In this document: positions 1-9,476 of the stretch, piece by piece
How positions within the stretch are numbered: position 1 is the stretch's first letter
How the letters are laid out: the number at the start of each line of letters is the position of its first letter
Source: an uncultured Acidimicrobiia bacterium
GTDB lineage: Bacteria > Actinomycetota > Acidimicrobiia > Spongiisociales > UBA5794
Assembly: GCA_964195545.1 (NCBI GenBank)
Contig: CAXMQQ010000019.1
Coordinates: forward strand, 23,581 to 87,580
Reading direction: 5' to 3'
Length of the DNA: 64,000 nt
Made by a program: the position numbers and the translations under genes
The notes under the pieces: generated by a model
What the model was told of the DNA's origin: nothing
Database searches by the model: none
What the model saw: only the letters and a program-made list of their open reading frames with translations

Positions 1-655
1 CAACAGCCCGATCGTCGAGGAGATGACGGAGACGGGCGGTGAGCGTCCGCGTCTTGCCGGATCCGGCCGGGGCGATGATCCGAGCCGGTCCGGAGGAATG
101 GTTGGCGGCGGCAACCTGATCCGGGGCAAGTCCGCTGTCGACGGGGCGATCGATCGGAGCCGGGTCGAGGCGTCCCAGGGATACGGTCTCGGCATGCACG
201 ATGGTCCCGCCCGTCTCGATCGGCCCCCGGGGCCCTCCGTCGATCCATGCGGCGGTTCCATCGGGCAAGTAGACGTCGGCGGGGCCACCTTCAGTAGCCC
301 CGATCGCTGCCGCCTTGACCGCCCACCACCACTTGAGGTCGGTACCTCGACCGTCGTAGCTGTTCGTCCACACGAGGAAGTGAAGGCGCTCGAGAGGGAA
401 GACGAACGTAGACCCAACCTCGTACGGATGTCTGTGCTCGATCTCGGGAACGCGAAGAGCAGACGGGTCAACGCCGAGTTCGATGACGACCCGTTCCCTG
501 CTCGACCATGCGCGATGGAGTCGGTCGATCGATGCTTCCGGGTCGGCGATCGTCGCCTCGTCGATGAGCACGAGAGACGCTCCTTCCCACACTTCGGGGA
601 CGGATGCGCCGGGTTCGATCACAACGGATCGACCGAGTGTCTCAGGAGCAGTCAC
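1..655 (-). CDS. SF1 (UvrD/Rep-like) DNA helicase, 5' part only; gene continues past the left window edge
   Basis: Absent from the ORF track because it is truncated. Hand translation of the minus strand from GTG at 655 gives VTAPETLGRSVVIEPG... Near positions 80-51 it reads IIAPAGSGKTRTLTA, a UvrD/Rep-type Walker A. About 190 aa of N-terminal extension precede the motif. Confidence 0.6.
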   Translation of the reverse strand, partial: MTAPETLGRSVVIEPGASVPEVWEGASLVLIDEATIADPEASIDRLHRAWSSRERVVIELGVDPSALRVPEIEHRHPYEVGSTFVFPLERLHFLVWTNSYDGRGTDLKWWWAVKAAAIGATEGGPADVYLPDGTAAWIDGGPRGPIETGGTIVHAETVSLGRLDPAPIDRPVDSGLAPDQVAAANHSSGPARIIAPAGSGKTRTLTARLRHLLDDRAV

Positions 656-707
656 AATGGCGAGGTTAGGACGTGCCTGTGACGTGGAGACAAAGAGTGG
701 CGGTTAC

Positions 708-743
708 TATATCGAAACGATATAGTTATATCGATTCGATATA
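708..743. promoter_or_regulatory. Twin 17-bp perfect palindromes TATATCG-N3-CGATATA; candidate PadR operator
   Basis: tatatcgaaacgatata (708-724) and tatatcgattcgatata (727-743), centres 19 bp apart. They lie 14 bp upstream of the padR ATG, in the divergent helicase/padR spacer. Confidence 0.6.
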
Positions 744-756
744 TCGGAGACCGTAC

Positions 757-1269
757 ATGCTCGACTTCGCCATTCTTGGACTGCTTCGTGAACAGCCGCG
801 ACACGGCTACGAACTGAAGCGCGCCCTCGGCGATCTCGGCTTCTGGCAGGTCTCGTTTGGATCCCTCTACCCGGCGCTCCGACGCCTGGAGAAGCGGGGA
901 TTCATCGAGGCGGTCAAGGGCGAAGGACGCCGGAAGGCGTACCGGGTGACGGAGCAGGGACGCATCCGCTTCGGCGAGATGATCGATGACTCCGGTGACG
1001 ATTCGGATCGGGATTTCCAGCTTCGACTTGCATTTCTCGGGTACGTCGAACCGGAGAGTCGCCTCGGGGTCCTCGAGGACCGCAGAACGGCACTCCAGGA
1101 CCGGCTTCATGGTGCACGGCGCTCTTTTCGGGGAGCACGAAGCAGCACCAGGAACCCGGACCGATATCGAATGGCGCTCATGGAGCGACGGGTCCGGTCG
1201 ACCGAGGCGGATATCGCCTGGCTCGACGAACTCATCGCCGGCGAGCGAAGCGCTACGGCCGGCACATAA
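757..1269 (+). CDS. PadR-family transcriptional regulator
   Basis: ORF 673..1269 trimmed to ATG 757 ([21 protein letters not shown]...[15 protein letters not shown]). This is a PadR winged-helix signature. Its position directly upstream of ino1 matches Rv0047c/Rv0046c. Confidence 0.85.
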   Translation: MLDFAILGLLREQPRHGYELKRALGDLGFWQVSFGSLYPALRRLEKRGFIEAVKGEGRRKAYRVTEQGRIRFGEMIDDSGDDSDRDFQLRLAFLGYVEPESRLGVLEDRRTALQDRLHGARRSFRGARSSTRNPDRYRMALMERRVRSTEADIAWLDELIAGERSATAGT

Positions 1270-1292
1270 GTTCACAGAACGAGGAGAAGATC

Positions 1293-2405
1293 ATGTCCAA
1301 CAAAGTACGAGTCGCGATCGCAGGACTCGGCAACTGCGCCAACTCACTCATCCAGGGCGTCGAGTACTACCGCGACGCCGACCCTTCTCTGAAGGTCCCA
1401 GGATTGATGCATGTCGATCTCGGTGGCTACCACATTGGTGACGTTGAGTTCGTCGCCGCCTTCGATGTCGACGCCACCAAGGTTGGCCAGGACGTCTCGA
1501 AGGCCATGTGGACTGGGATGAACAACACGATCGAGTTCGTCGAGGTGCCGAGTATCGACGTCCAGGTCATGCGTGGCCCGACCCTCGACGGCCTCGGCAA
1601 GTACTACGTCGACGAGGTCGAGGAATCGGCCGCCGAACCGGTCGACGTCGTGCAGGTCCTGAAGGACACGAATACCGACGTGCTCGTGTCGTACCTGCCG
1701 GTCGGCTCCGACGTTGCCACCAAGTTCTACGCACAGGCAGCGCTCGACGCAGGCGTGGGATTCGTCAACGCGATCCCCGTATTCATCGCATCGAACCCTG
1801 AGTGGGCGCAGAAGTTCGTCGACGCCAACCTGCCGATCGTCGGTGACGACATCAAGTCGCAGGTGGGCGCCACGATCGTTCACCGTCAACTCGCCCGCCT
1901 CTTCGAGGATCGGGGCGTCAAGATCGACCAGACATACCAACTGAACTTCGGTGGGAACATGGACTTCAAGAACATGCTCGAGCGTGAGCGTCTGCAGTCC
2001 AAGAAGATCTCGAAGACGCAGTCGGTGACGAGTCAAATCGAACGGCGCATGAATTCCGACACCGTGCACATCGGACCGTCGGACCACGTGCCCTGGCTCT
2101 CTGATCGCAAGTGGGCGTACATCCGTCTCGAGGGGACCTCGTTCGGTGACGTGCCACTCAACGTGGAACTGAAGCTCGAAGTGTGGGATTCCCCCAACTC
2201 AGCTGGCGTGATCATCGACGCCGTACGTGCGGCGAAGATCGCCATGGATCGGGGTGTCGGCGGACCGCTCCTCGCTCCGTCGTCGTACTTCATGAAGTCG
2301 CCCCCAGTGCAATACCACGACTCGGTAGCGCATGACAACGTCGAGGCGTTCATCACAGGTGAAGGCGACCTCGCCTCCGATCTGGAGACCTTCCTCTCCG
2401 CGTAG
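1293..2405 (+). CDS. ino1: myo-inositol-1-phosphate synthase
   Basis: 370 aa starting [26 protein letters not shown].... Rossmann N-terminus and overall pattern of actinobacterial MIPS. Starts 23 nt after padR. Confidence 0.9.
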   Translation: MSNKVRVAIAGLGNCANSLIQGVEYYRDADPSLKVPGLMHVDLGGYHIGDVEFVAAFDVDATKVGQDVSKAMWTGMNNTIEFVEVPSIDVQVMRGPTLDGLGKYYVDEVEESAAEPVDVVQVLKDTNTDVLVSYLPVGSDVATKFYAQAALDAGVGFVNAIPVFIASNPEWAQKFVDANLPIVGDDIKSQVGATIVHRQLARLFEDRGVKIDQTYQLNFGGNMDFKNMLERERLQSKKISKTQSVTSQIERRMNSDTVHIGPSDHVPWLSDRKWAYIRLEGTSFGDVPLNVELKLEVWDSPNSAGVIIDAVRAAKIAMDRGVGGPLLAPSSYFMKSPPVQYHDSVAHDNVEAFITGEGDLASDLETFLSA

Positions 2406-2489
2406 ATCGCCCATCAATCGAACGAGAAGGGCGGTCCTCCGGGTCAGCGGGCAGGAGTCCGGGATCGGGAGACTGACTCTGGGGGTCGG

Positions 2490-2528
2490 TTGTGCCTAGA
2501 ACCACACCACAGGTGGTCGTAGGCACAA
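2490..2528. terminator. Hairpin between convergent ino1 and nfo
   Basis: ttgtgccta (2490-2498) pairs with taggcacaa (2520-2528). An inner accac/gtggt stem is also possible. No clear T-run. Confidence 0.45.
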
Positions 2529-2536
2529 ACGACGGA

Positions 2537-3304
2537 TCAGAGGCGTTCGCGTAGCCAGGCGATGTCCGCGGCCTGCTCCTCTGCGCCGCCCGGCGTCTCG
2601 ACGACGATCGGCGCGTTGGCGTCCCGGATCGACCCAATGAGGAGTTCCTCAGGGATCTCGCCGTTCCCGAAGTTGGCGTGCCGGTCGCGGTGACTGTCGA
2701 ACGGGTCGCGCGAGTCGTTGGCGTGGACGAGGGCGATCCCTCCGGTGTGCTTGGTGATCCGTTCAACCGCGGTGTCGAGATCCGCTCCGGCAGCCCAGGC
2801 GTGACACGTGTCGAGGCACACCCCGACGTTGAAGTCGCCGATCGCAGACCACAGCGGCCCGTAGTTGTCGAGGTTCTGCATCACAGTGTTCCCCGCCCCC
2901 GCGGTGTTCTCGACCAGAACCGGCACCGTGGCGTCGAACGAGTCGAGCGCCTTGAACCAGCGCTCGAACCCGACGTCGACCTCCTCATCTGCGCCGACGC
3001 TGCCGCCGTGCACGATGACGCCCTTCGCTCCGATCAACGCCGAAGCCTCCACAGTCTGGGCGAGCATCTTACGTGACGGGATCCGCACTCGATTGTTCGG
3101 CGATGCCAGGTTCAAGAGATAGGGGGCATGGACGTAGATATCGATGGACGCGTCTCGCAGCGCCTTGGCATCGACTCTCGGTGTCGGCTTCTTCCACGCC
3201 TGCGGGTTGGACACGAAGATCTGGACGACGTCGGCTCCCCGTGCCGCCGCCTCCCCGATCGGGTCTGCTGCCGGAACGTGACCTCCGGTCTTGAGATCAG
3301 TCAT
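2537..3304 (-). CDS. nfo: Endonuclease IV (AP endonuclease family 2)
   Basis: 255 aa TIM-barrel protein with YVHAPYLLNLASPN and GVIVHGGS blocks typical of Nfo/End. Confidence 0.85.
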   Translation of the reverse strand: MTDLKTGGHVPAADPIGEAAARGADVVQIFVSNPQAWKKPTPRVDAKALRDASIDIYVHAPYLLNLASPNNRVRIPSRKMLAQTVEASALIGAKGVIVHGGSVGADEEVDVGFERWFKALDSFDATVPVLVENTAGAGNTVMQNLDNYGPLWSAIGDFNVGVCLDTCHAWAAGADLDTAVERITKHTGGIALVHANDSRDPFDSHRDRHANFGNGEIPEELLIGSIRDANAPIVVETPGGAEEQAADIAWLRERL

Positions 3305-3881
3305 CTTGCACCTCCCTCTCGGTTGCCAGCCGATGCGCCTGCTCGAGAGCGATGCCGGCGTGAATCACGACTTCTCCGATCGGCTTCTCCCAACCGGTTG
3401 CGTCGACCTGCAGACGGTTGCCGTCCCATGACGCTCCCCAGGGCTCGGAGGGAAGCCCCTGAGAATCGATGAAGTCGATCACGAGAACGTCACGAGATGG
3501 TCCGCCGTCCGGATCCTTCTCTGCGGCGCAGTAGACACCGTCGACAGCCTCCCAGGATACGAAGACCGGTTCGTCGCCCGGCATCCCAACGGCAATGACA
3601 ATCCCGTCTTCGCGAAGCACGAGCACGGGCGAGCGACGGATGAGTGACGTCACAGCGTATCCGAAGAGGCCGACACCGCCGGCGAGCATGAACGCTCCCC
3701 ACACATAATCGGATCGTCGTTGGCTCCTTCCCTTCGACGTGATCTCGTCGTTGTTGGTGTCGGGAGGTGTCGAGACCCAGTGACCCCACATGACGTCCAC
3801 GGCCCCAAGCATCAAGAACAAGCCGACGAGTCCGAACAGGAACAAACGGATGGGTGATCGATCGACTCTGAGCAGACTCAC
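3297..3881 (-). CDS. Hypothetical membrane protein (2 TM helices plus soluble PH-like domain)
   Basis: 194 aa. Hydrophobic helices LFLFGLVGLFLMLGAV and GAFMLAGGVGLFGYAV. Overlaps pyrE (4 nt) and nfo (8 nt), which suggests one operon. Confidence 0.6.
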   Translation of the reverse strand: MSLLRVDRSPIRLFLFGLVGLFLMLGAVDVMWGHWVSTPPDTNNDEITSKGRSQRRSDYVWGAFMLAGGVGLFGYAVTSLIRRSPVLVLREDGIVIAVGMPGDEPVFVSWEAVDGVYCAAEKDPDGGPSRDVLVIDFIDSQGLPSEPWGASWDGNRLQVDATGWEKPIGEVVIHAGIALEQAHRLATEREVQDD

Positions 3882-4438
3882 TGTTCGACCCCCAGATCTC
3901 GCGGAACGACGAGCGCTAAGTATGGGATTCCCGCCGCCGCAACCTTGCCGGCTGCGATACCGTTACTCCGGTCCACAAGCGTGATTACCTGGGCGATCTG
4001 GATCCCGGCCTCTGAGAGAGCCTCGATCGCTTCGAACATGGCCGATCCGGTTGTGGTGGTGTCCTCAAGAACGGCGACGACATCGTCGGGACCGACGGGG
4101 CCAACCAGTCGACCACCCGTTCCGTGCCCCTTGGCCTCCTTCCTGACGGAGAACGCCCGCAACGGACGACCGACTGCCTCACCCGCCACAGCCGTCGCTA
4201 CGGCGATCGGATCGGCCCCCATCGTCAACCCGCCGACCGCTGTGACATCGGAACCGAGCGCTTCGAGGACCGCTTCGCCGACGGTGACGGCTCCCGCTCC
4301 ATCGAACGTGGTCTGACGCGCATCGATGTACCAATCGGAGACCGCTCCTGATCGCAGGATGAACGGTCCGTCGGTCCGAACAGCATGTGCCATGAGATGC
4401 TTGACAAGTCGTTGTTTCGGGGTTGACTCAGGGCTCAA
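3878..4438 (-). CDS. pyrE: Orotate phosphoribosyltransferase
   Basis: 186 aa with PRPP-binding loop VVAVLEDTTTTGSA and type I PRT layout. Confidence 0.85.
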   Translation of the reverse strand: MSPESTPKQRLVKHLMAHAVRTDGPFILRSGAVSDWYIDARQTTFDGAGAVTVGEAVLEALGSDVTAVGGLTMGADPIAVATAVAGEAVGRPLRAFSVRKEAKGHGTGGRLVGPVGPDDVVAVLEDTTTTGSAMFEAIEALSEAGIQIAQVITLVDRSNGIAAGKVAAAGIPYLALVVPRDLGVEQ

Positions 4439-4649
4439 GAAGAAATCCTAGAAATCGCTCAAGGAATACCGGTCGGGGTCGATACATTAATCAGACAGGA
4501 TGCCTTCCTACCTCCCGTCAAAGCCCGAGCCGAAGCCGCCGAGAGGCGGCTTTCGGTTCGTCTGGGGTCAGAATTCCGCCATGCACGACTACCCGCCGCC
4601 GTTTGCCGACTGACTCTGACCGGCTCGGCACCGTCCTATCGTCCAGCCG

Positions 4650-5333
4650 ATGGAACTCATCTTCATCCGTCACGGACAGCCTGCGTGGAGCGTCGAAGGA
4701 CTCACCCAACCCGATCCCTTCCTCACAGAGACCGGGCGCGAACAGGCCGAACTCTGCGCGCAGCGGATCTTCGAGGGCGATCACCCGCTGACAGAACTCG
4801 TCGTGTCGCCGGCCCTCCGGTCGCAGCAGACCGCAGCGCCGATCGCCCGACTCACCGGTCTACAGATAACGACCGTCGACGACATCGTCGAGATCAAGAT
4901 GCCGGATTGGACCGGCAGACTCGAAGAGACGGTGCGACGAATCTTCCGCGAGGCTCAACACCGACCGCCGGAAGAATGGTGGGACGGACTCGATGGCGGA
5001 GAGTCGTTTCGCGACTTCCACGAACGGGTAACGACGGCACTTCTCGGCATTCTCGCCGAACGCGGCGTACGCCCGGACCCAGATCGGGAGCACCTCTGGT
5101 TCGTCGACGATCCCAATCAGCGGATAGCCATCGTGGCTCACGGAGGAACGAACGCGGTCGCTATCGGGTTTCTCCTCGGTGCGGCTCCTACGCCGTGGGA
5201 GTGGGAGCGGTTCATCCTCTACCACGCCTCGTTCGCGAGGCTCCGGGCCGTCCCCCTCGGTGGCGAACACGTGTGGTCTCTCCGCACCTTCAACGACCGG
5301 GAACACCTCCCCCTCGATCTCCGGACGCGATAG
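4650..5333 (+). CDS. Histidine phosphatase family protein (phosphoglycerate mutase-like)
   Basis: 227 aa with N-terminal catalytic RHG motif (ELIFIRHGQP) and a later AHGG block. Confidence 0.8.
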   Translation: MELIFIRHGQPAWSVEGLTQPDPFLTETGREQAELCAQRIFEGDHPLTELVVSPALRSQQTAAPIARLTGLQITTVDDIVEIKMPDWTGRLEETVRRIFREAQHRPPEEWWDGLDGGESFRDFHERVTTALLGILAERGVRPDPDREHLWFVDDPNQRIAIVAHGGTNAVAIGFLLGAAPTPWEWERFILYHASFARLRAVPLGGEHVWSLRTFNDREHLPLDLRTR

Positions 5334-5348
5334 ACGATTCGGTCGCCC

Positions 5349-6125
5349 CTATTTGCCGTAGCGGCGGGTTCTCCTGGTGAAGTCACGGAGGGAGCGGAGG
5401 AAGTCGACATAGCGGAATGCCGGCCAGTAGACGTCGACAAAGGCGTACTCGGCATAGGCGGATTGCCACAACAGGAATCCCGAAAGGCGCGCTTCGCCCG
5501 AGGTCCGGATGACGAGGTCCGGATCGGGGAGACCCGCCGTATAGAGATTGGCGGCGATGCCGTCGGCGTCGATACGCTCCGCGACATCGTCAGTGCCATC
5601 CATAGACAGTTTCGCGACCAGGTCCTTCACCGCGTCAACGATCTCCTGTCGGCCACCGTAGGCAAGGGCGATCGTCACCCTTCGATCACCGTTCGGCATG
5701 CGCTCCTCGAGTCGCTTCGCCGCTGCCCCAAGGTCCGCAGGCAACCGGTCAAGACTCCCGATGAATCGCACCCCCACGTCGTGCCCGGTCAAAGCGTTCG
5801 GAATCTCTTCGAAGAGTTCCATCAAGACTTCGTAGTACGGAACGAGCTCCTCGTCCGGTCTCGCGAGATTCTCCTTCGATAGCAACCAGCAGGTGACCGC
5901 CGGGATTTCGAGTTCATCCGACCAGTTGAGGAACTCGACGAACTTCGCCATCCCAACCCGATACGAGGCCTGGTAGTCGGGGAGACCCTCGCTTCTGGCG
6001 TAGCGACGGTGTCCGTCGTGGATGACGCCGATGTGGCGCGGGAGACGGTCCCGGTCAAGTGTCGCTAGCAACCGATCTTCATAGAGCCGATAGAGCGGTC
6101 GAGTCGCTGTCTCACGAATTCCCAT
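5349..6125 (-). CDS. cis-prenyltransferase, Rv1086-like (Z)-farnesyl diphosphate synthase / UppS family
   Basis: ORF 5349..6386 trimmed to ATG 6125 (MGIRETATRPLYRLYE...). Motifs HIGVIHDGHRRYA and DLVIRTSGEARLSGFLLWQSAYAE. The neighbouring hemolysin-III gene mirrors Rv1086/Rv1085c. Confidence 0.85.
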   Translation of the reverse strand: MGIRETATRPLYRLYEDRLLATLDRDRLPRHIGVIHDGHRRYARSEGLPDYQASYRVGMAKFVEFLNWSDELEIPAVTCWLLSKENLARPDEELVPYYEVLMELFEEIPNALTGHDVGVRFIGSLDRLPADLGAAAKRLEERMPNGDRRVTIALAYGGRQEIVDAVKDLVAKLSMDGTDDVAERIDADGIAANLYTAGLPDPDLVIRTSGEARLSGFLLWQSAYAEYAFVDVYWPAFRYVDFLRSLRDFTRRTRRYGK

Positions 6126-6219
6126 GCGGGTCTCATGGTAGAGGCGGAACACGGGTGCGCACACAGTTACGCGCCGTGGCAACATGGGTCTCGAATGGGG
6201 GAGAGAGGAGGCCACCAGC

Positions 6220-6618
6220 GTGGCCATGTCAGAGGAACACAAAGCGGCGCTCGCCCAAGGTCGTCGCGAGTCGAAGGCGATCAAGGCGTATCTCCGAGCG
6301 ATCGCCGTACCGAAGCGGAGGGGTCGTCCCGTGACTCCTGAGGCGCTCGAAGCGAAGATCGCTGCACTCGACGACAAGGTGCTCACCGAGAGGGACCCGC
6401 TTGCTCGCGTGGACCTGTATCAGGCGAGGATCGACGCCCAGGCGGCCCTCGACGATATGACCGAACCGGCCGATCTCGACGCTCTTGAGGCAGGATTCGT
6501 CGCGTACGCCTCCTCGTACTCGGATCGCAAGGGGATCACGTGGCCTGCGTGGCGTGAGGCCGGTGTCTCGGCCGCCGTGCTCGCTGCTTCGGGCGTGAAA
6601 CGCACCCGGAAGGCATGA
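6220..6618 (+). CDS. Hypothetical protein with AT-hook-like PKRRGRP motif
   Basis: ORF 6184..6618. GTG 6220 follows a GAGGAG at 6205-6210, but the start is uncertain (6184, 6220 or 6226). Predicted helical protein. No family recognised. Confidence 0.55.
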   Translation: MAMSEEHKAALAQGRRESKAIKAYLRAIAVPKRRGRPVTPEALEAKIAALDDKVLTERDPLARVDLYQARIDAQAALDDMTEPADLDALEAGFVAYASSYSDRKGITWPAWREAGVSAAVLAASGVKRTRKA

Positions 6619-6688
6619 CCGCGGCCGTCGTTTGTGCCAACGACCACCTCCGATGTGGTCCTAAGCACAATCGAAGAAATCCCGGCTT

Positions 6689-7396
6689 GTGTTCATTCGG
6701 TCCGTCGGTACTCTTCGCCGCATGAACCTCCCTGTCCCGCGCTGGACGCTCGGGAAGATGCAGAACCCGGTTCGCGGGTTCCTCCACGGGGCTGCCGCCG
6801 TCGCGGGCCTCGTCGGAACGATCTTCCTCATGTTCCACGCCCCGAACTGGCCAAGTCGGATAGCCGTCCTCGTGTTCGGCCTCGCCGTGATGGCGCTCTA
6901 CACGACGAGCTCTCTCTATCACGCGATCCCGTGGCGAGAACGGTGGAAGAGACGCATGCAGCGGATGGACCACTCGATGATCTACGTGCTCATCGCCGGC
7001 ACCTACACACCAGTCGCCGCGATCGTTCTCGACACGCCGTGGCAGTGGATCGTACTGGCGATGGTGTGGACCATCACGATCGCTGGCGTCGTTCAGAAGG
7101 GGCTCTTCCCGAAGGTCCCCGGATGGATTTCTGTGATGATGTCGACGATCCTCGGCTGGATCGGAATCTTCTTCTTCTGGCCGATGATCCAGCGGCTCGG
7201 TTGGCTACCCGTCGGGTTCGTCCTTGCCGGCGGCGTGCTCTACACGGTCGGAATGGTGTTCCTCGTCACGAACCGTCCTCGTTTGTGGCCACGGGTCTTC
7301 TCGTATCACGAGGTGTTCCACATACTGACCGTCTCTGCGACGTCGCTACATTTCCTCGTGATCTGGCGGTACGTCATCCCACTCGCCGCCGCATAG
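6689..7396 (+). CDS. Hemolysin III / PAQR family membrane protein
   Basis: 235 aa, seven hydrophobic segments. Conserved SSLYHA and RMDHSMIYVLIAGTYTP blocks. Start may be the internal ATG at 6722. Confidence 0.85.
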   Translation: MFIRSVGTLRRMNLPVPRWTLGKMQNPVRGFLHGAAAVAGLVGTIFLMFHAPNWPSRIAVLVFGLAVMALYTTSSLYHAIPWRERWKRRMQRMDHSMIYVLIAGTYTPVAAIVLDTPWQWIVLAMVWTITIAGVVQKGLFPKVPGWISVMMSTILGWIGIFFFWPMIQRLGWLPVGFVLAGGVLYTVGMVFLVTNRPRLWPRVFSYHEVFHILTVSATSLHFLVIWRYVIPLAAA

Positions 7397-7436
7397 AACG
7401 AGTCGGAGACCCCGATCGTGCCTATCGACGGATCGG

Positions 7437-7796
7437 CTAGTACCGCTCGGGGCGAGTCGGACCGGGAACGCGGATAAGCAGCAGTCGCCCGTCCACGTAG
7501 CCGCCGTTGTGGAAGCCGTACTCCTCGCCGGGAGAGATGTGGATCGTGTCACCCGGACCCGCCCGGAAGGTCTCCCCTTCGACACGGAATTCCAAGTCAC
7601 CCACCACCACGACGTACATGCGGTGCGTCTTCTCCGAGACTCTGCTGTCACGCTCTGCTCCCATCGGGACCAGGATCTCGGCGACCGATCCGATCGAGAA
7701 CACGTCAGGAGAGAGCTCGCGTACGGTGAAGTCTCCGAACTGGAACGGGGCTGCATCGGCGTATCGTTTGAGTTCCATGGGTCGATAGTACGACAT
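7437..7796 (-). CDS. Cupin domain protein
   Basis: ORF 7437..8024 trimmed to ATG 7796 (MSYYRPMELKRYADAAPF...). Shows the single cupin beta-barrel pattern ...GDTIHISPGEEYGFHN.... Confidence 0.7.
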   Translation of the reverse strand: MSYYRPMELKRYADAAPFQFGDFTVRELSPDVFSIGSVAEILVPMGAERDSRVSEKTHRMYVVVVGDLEFRVEGETFRAGPGDTIHISPGEEYGFHNGGYVDGRLLLIRVPGPTRPERY

Positions 7797-7866
7797 TGAG
7801 GACCGCCGGAATCCAATTCGTTGATCAGTTTGCTTTTCTGTCACACCCGGCGGATACGGTGTTCCC

Positions 7867-8016
7867 ATGATCGAAACAACCCCCACACACAGCATGACTG
7901 ACGAGCAAGTCGAGGAGTGGTTCGCTGCAGCCGGACTGAACGTCAGCGTCGTCGGGAACTGCCCGTCAAGGGAGTGCCCATCCTGCGACGCAGATTCCGT
8001 CCCGAAAGCAGCCTGA
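7867..8016 (+). CDS. Possible 49-aa Cys-rich small protein
   Basis: Hand-translated: MIETTPTHSMTDEQVEEWFAAAGLNVSVVGNCPSRECPSCDADSVPKAA*. GC3 about 70 percent by hand count. No convincing SD. Below the track length cutoff. Confidence 0.3.
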   Translation: MIETTPTHSMTDEQVEEWFAAAGLNVSVVGNCPSRECPSCDADSVPKAA

Positions 8017-8097
8017 CGCATCATCGACGGCTGAATGAGCCACCCGACCTCCGCGATCGTTCACCCAACCCACCGGCACGCCGCCGGCGTAGGACTC

Positions 8098-9450
8098 CTA
8101 GACGAGCAGTCTGCGAAGCTCCTTGATTTGGTCGGCAACGGACTCGAATGAGCCGCCACGGGGCGACCTTCTCGCCTTGACGGAGCCCCTCGGATCGAGG
8201 AGGGCGAGATCTTCGGGGATCAGTTGGTGATGGGTCGCCTCGAGTTCGCCGACCGTCACGTCGGTGAAGTCCCTGCCCTCCTCCTTCAGGGCTGCAACGA
8301 GCCCCCCGACGGCGCGATGGGCTTCGCGGAACGGAACCCCCCGAGAGACGAGGGCCTCAGCGAGATCGAGGCCGACGACCCAGGATGACGGAGGGGGTGG
8401 ATCGAACCGGGCGGTTTCGATCATCCCGGTCAGCGCCGACAGCGCCGTCGTAAGCACGTCGTCGGCATGGAACACCGCCCGCTTGTCCTCTTGAAGGTCC
8501 CGGTTGTAAGACAGCGGGAGCCCCTTCTGAAGAGCGAGAAGGCCCGTGAGGTCTCCGATAACTGTGGCGGCCTTGCCACGGGCGAGTTCTGCGATATCCG
8601 GATTCTTCTTATGTGGAAGGGCCGACGAGCCGGTCGTGTAGGCGTCGTCGTACTCTGCCCAGGCGTACTCCTCCGTCGCCCACAGAACGAGTTCCTCAGA
8701 GAGTCGCGACAGGTGAGCCATCGTCTGGGCGGCCGCGAACACGTACTCCGCAGCGAAGTCTCTCGACGACACAGCATCGAGGGAGTTCGCGAATGCAGCA
8801 TGGAAACCGAGGCTCTCGGCAACCAGGTCAGGGCGCAGAGGCAGTGCGCTCCCTGCCGATGCTCCCGCACCGAGGGGGGACACGTCGATGCGTTCCCGTG
8901 CTCCGACGAACCGATCGACGTCTCGCAGCAGCATCCAAGTGTATGCGAGCAGGTGGTGAGCGAACGGGATCGCCTGAGCCTGTTGGAGGTGTGTGTATGA
9001 GGCCACGATCGCGTCGCCCGCCTTGTCCGCTTGGTCGACCAGTACTCGAGTGAGGTGTTGGATCTGCTCGATCCGATGATCGGTGGCTCGCCGCAAGTAG
9101 AGCCGAAGGTCGAGGGCGATCTGATCGTTGCGGGAACGGCCCGTATGGAGCCGGCCGGCGTCGTCGCCGATCATCTCGCCGAGACGGCGTTCGACCGCAG
9201 TATGGACGTCCTCATCGGTCTCCCGGAACTCGAACCGGCCCGCGTGTGCTTCGTCGAGCACGTGTTCGAGTCCCTCCCTGATCCGTATGACGGCATCGGC
9301 GTCGAGCAGACCGACCTCGCCGAGCATGGCGACATGAGCGAGCGATCCGGTCACGTCGTCGACCAGCAAGCGCCGGTCCGACGTGTCCGCAGTGAACCGC
9401 CACAGTGTCTCGTCGGGCCCCGACGCAAAGCGCCCGTTCCACAACGTCAT
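8098..9450 (-). CDS. argH: Argininosuccinate lyase
   Basis: 450 aa starting MTLWNGRFASGPDE..., with the fumarate-lyase signature region and TGRSRNDQ. Confidence 0.95.
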   Translation of the reverse strand: MTLWNGRFASGPDETLWRFTADTSDRRLLVDDVTGSLAHVAMLGEVGLLDADAVIRIREGLEHVLDEAHAGRFEFRETDEDVHTAVERRLGEMIGDDAGRLHTGRSRNDQIALDLRLYLRRATDHRIEQIQHLTRVLVDQADKAGDAIVASYTHLQQAQAIPFAHHLLAYTWMLLRDVDRFVGARERIDVSPLGAGASAGSALPLRPDLVAESLGFHAAFANSLDAVSSRDFAAEYVFAAAQTMAHLSRLSEELVLWATEEYAWAEYDDAYTTGSSALPHKKNPDIAELARGKAATVIGDLTGLLALQKGLPLSYNRDLQEDKRAVFHADDVLTTALSALTGMIETARFDPPPPSSWVVGLDLAEALVSRGVPFREAHRAVGGLVAALKEEGRDFTDVTVGELEATHHQLIPEDLALLDPRGSVKARRSPRGGSFESVADQIKELRRLLV

Positions 9451-9476
9451 GGGCGCTCCACGCCGTACTGAGTAGT

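Noticed and set aside
23-682. 219-aa plus-strand ORF at the left edge
   Set aside because: It is antisense to a frame that encodes a clear helicase Walker A (AGSGKTRTLT) and a coherent N-terminal domain. Its own translation is Gly/Arg/Pro-rich with no motif.
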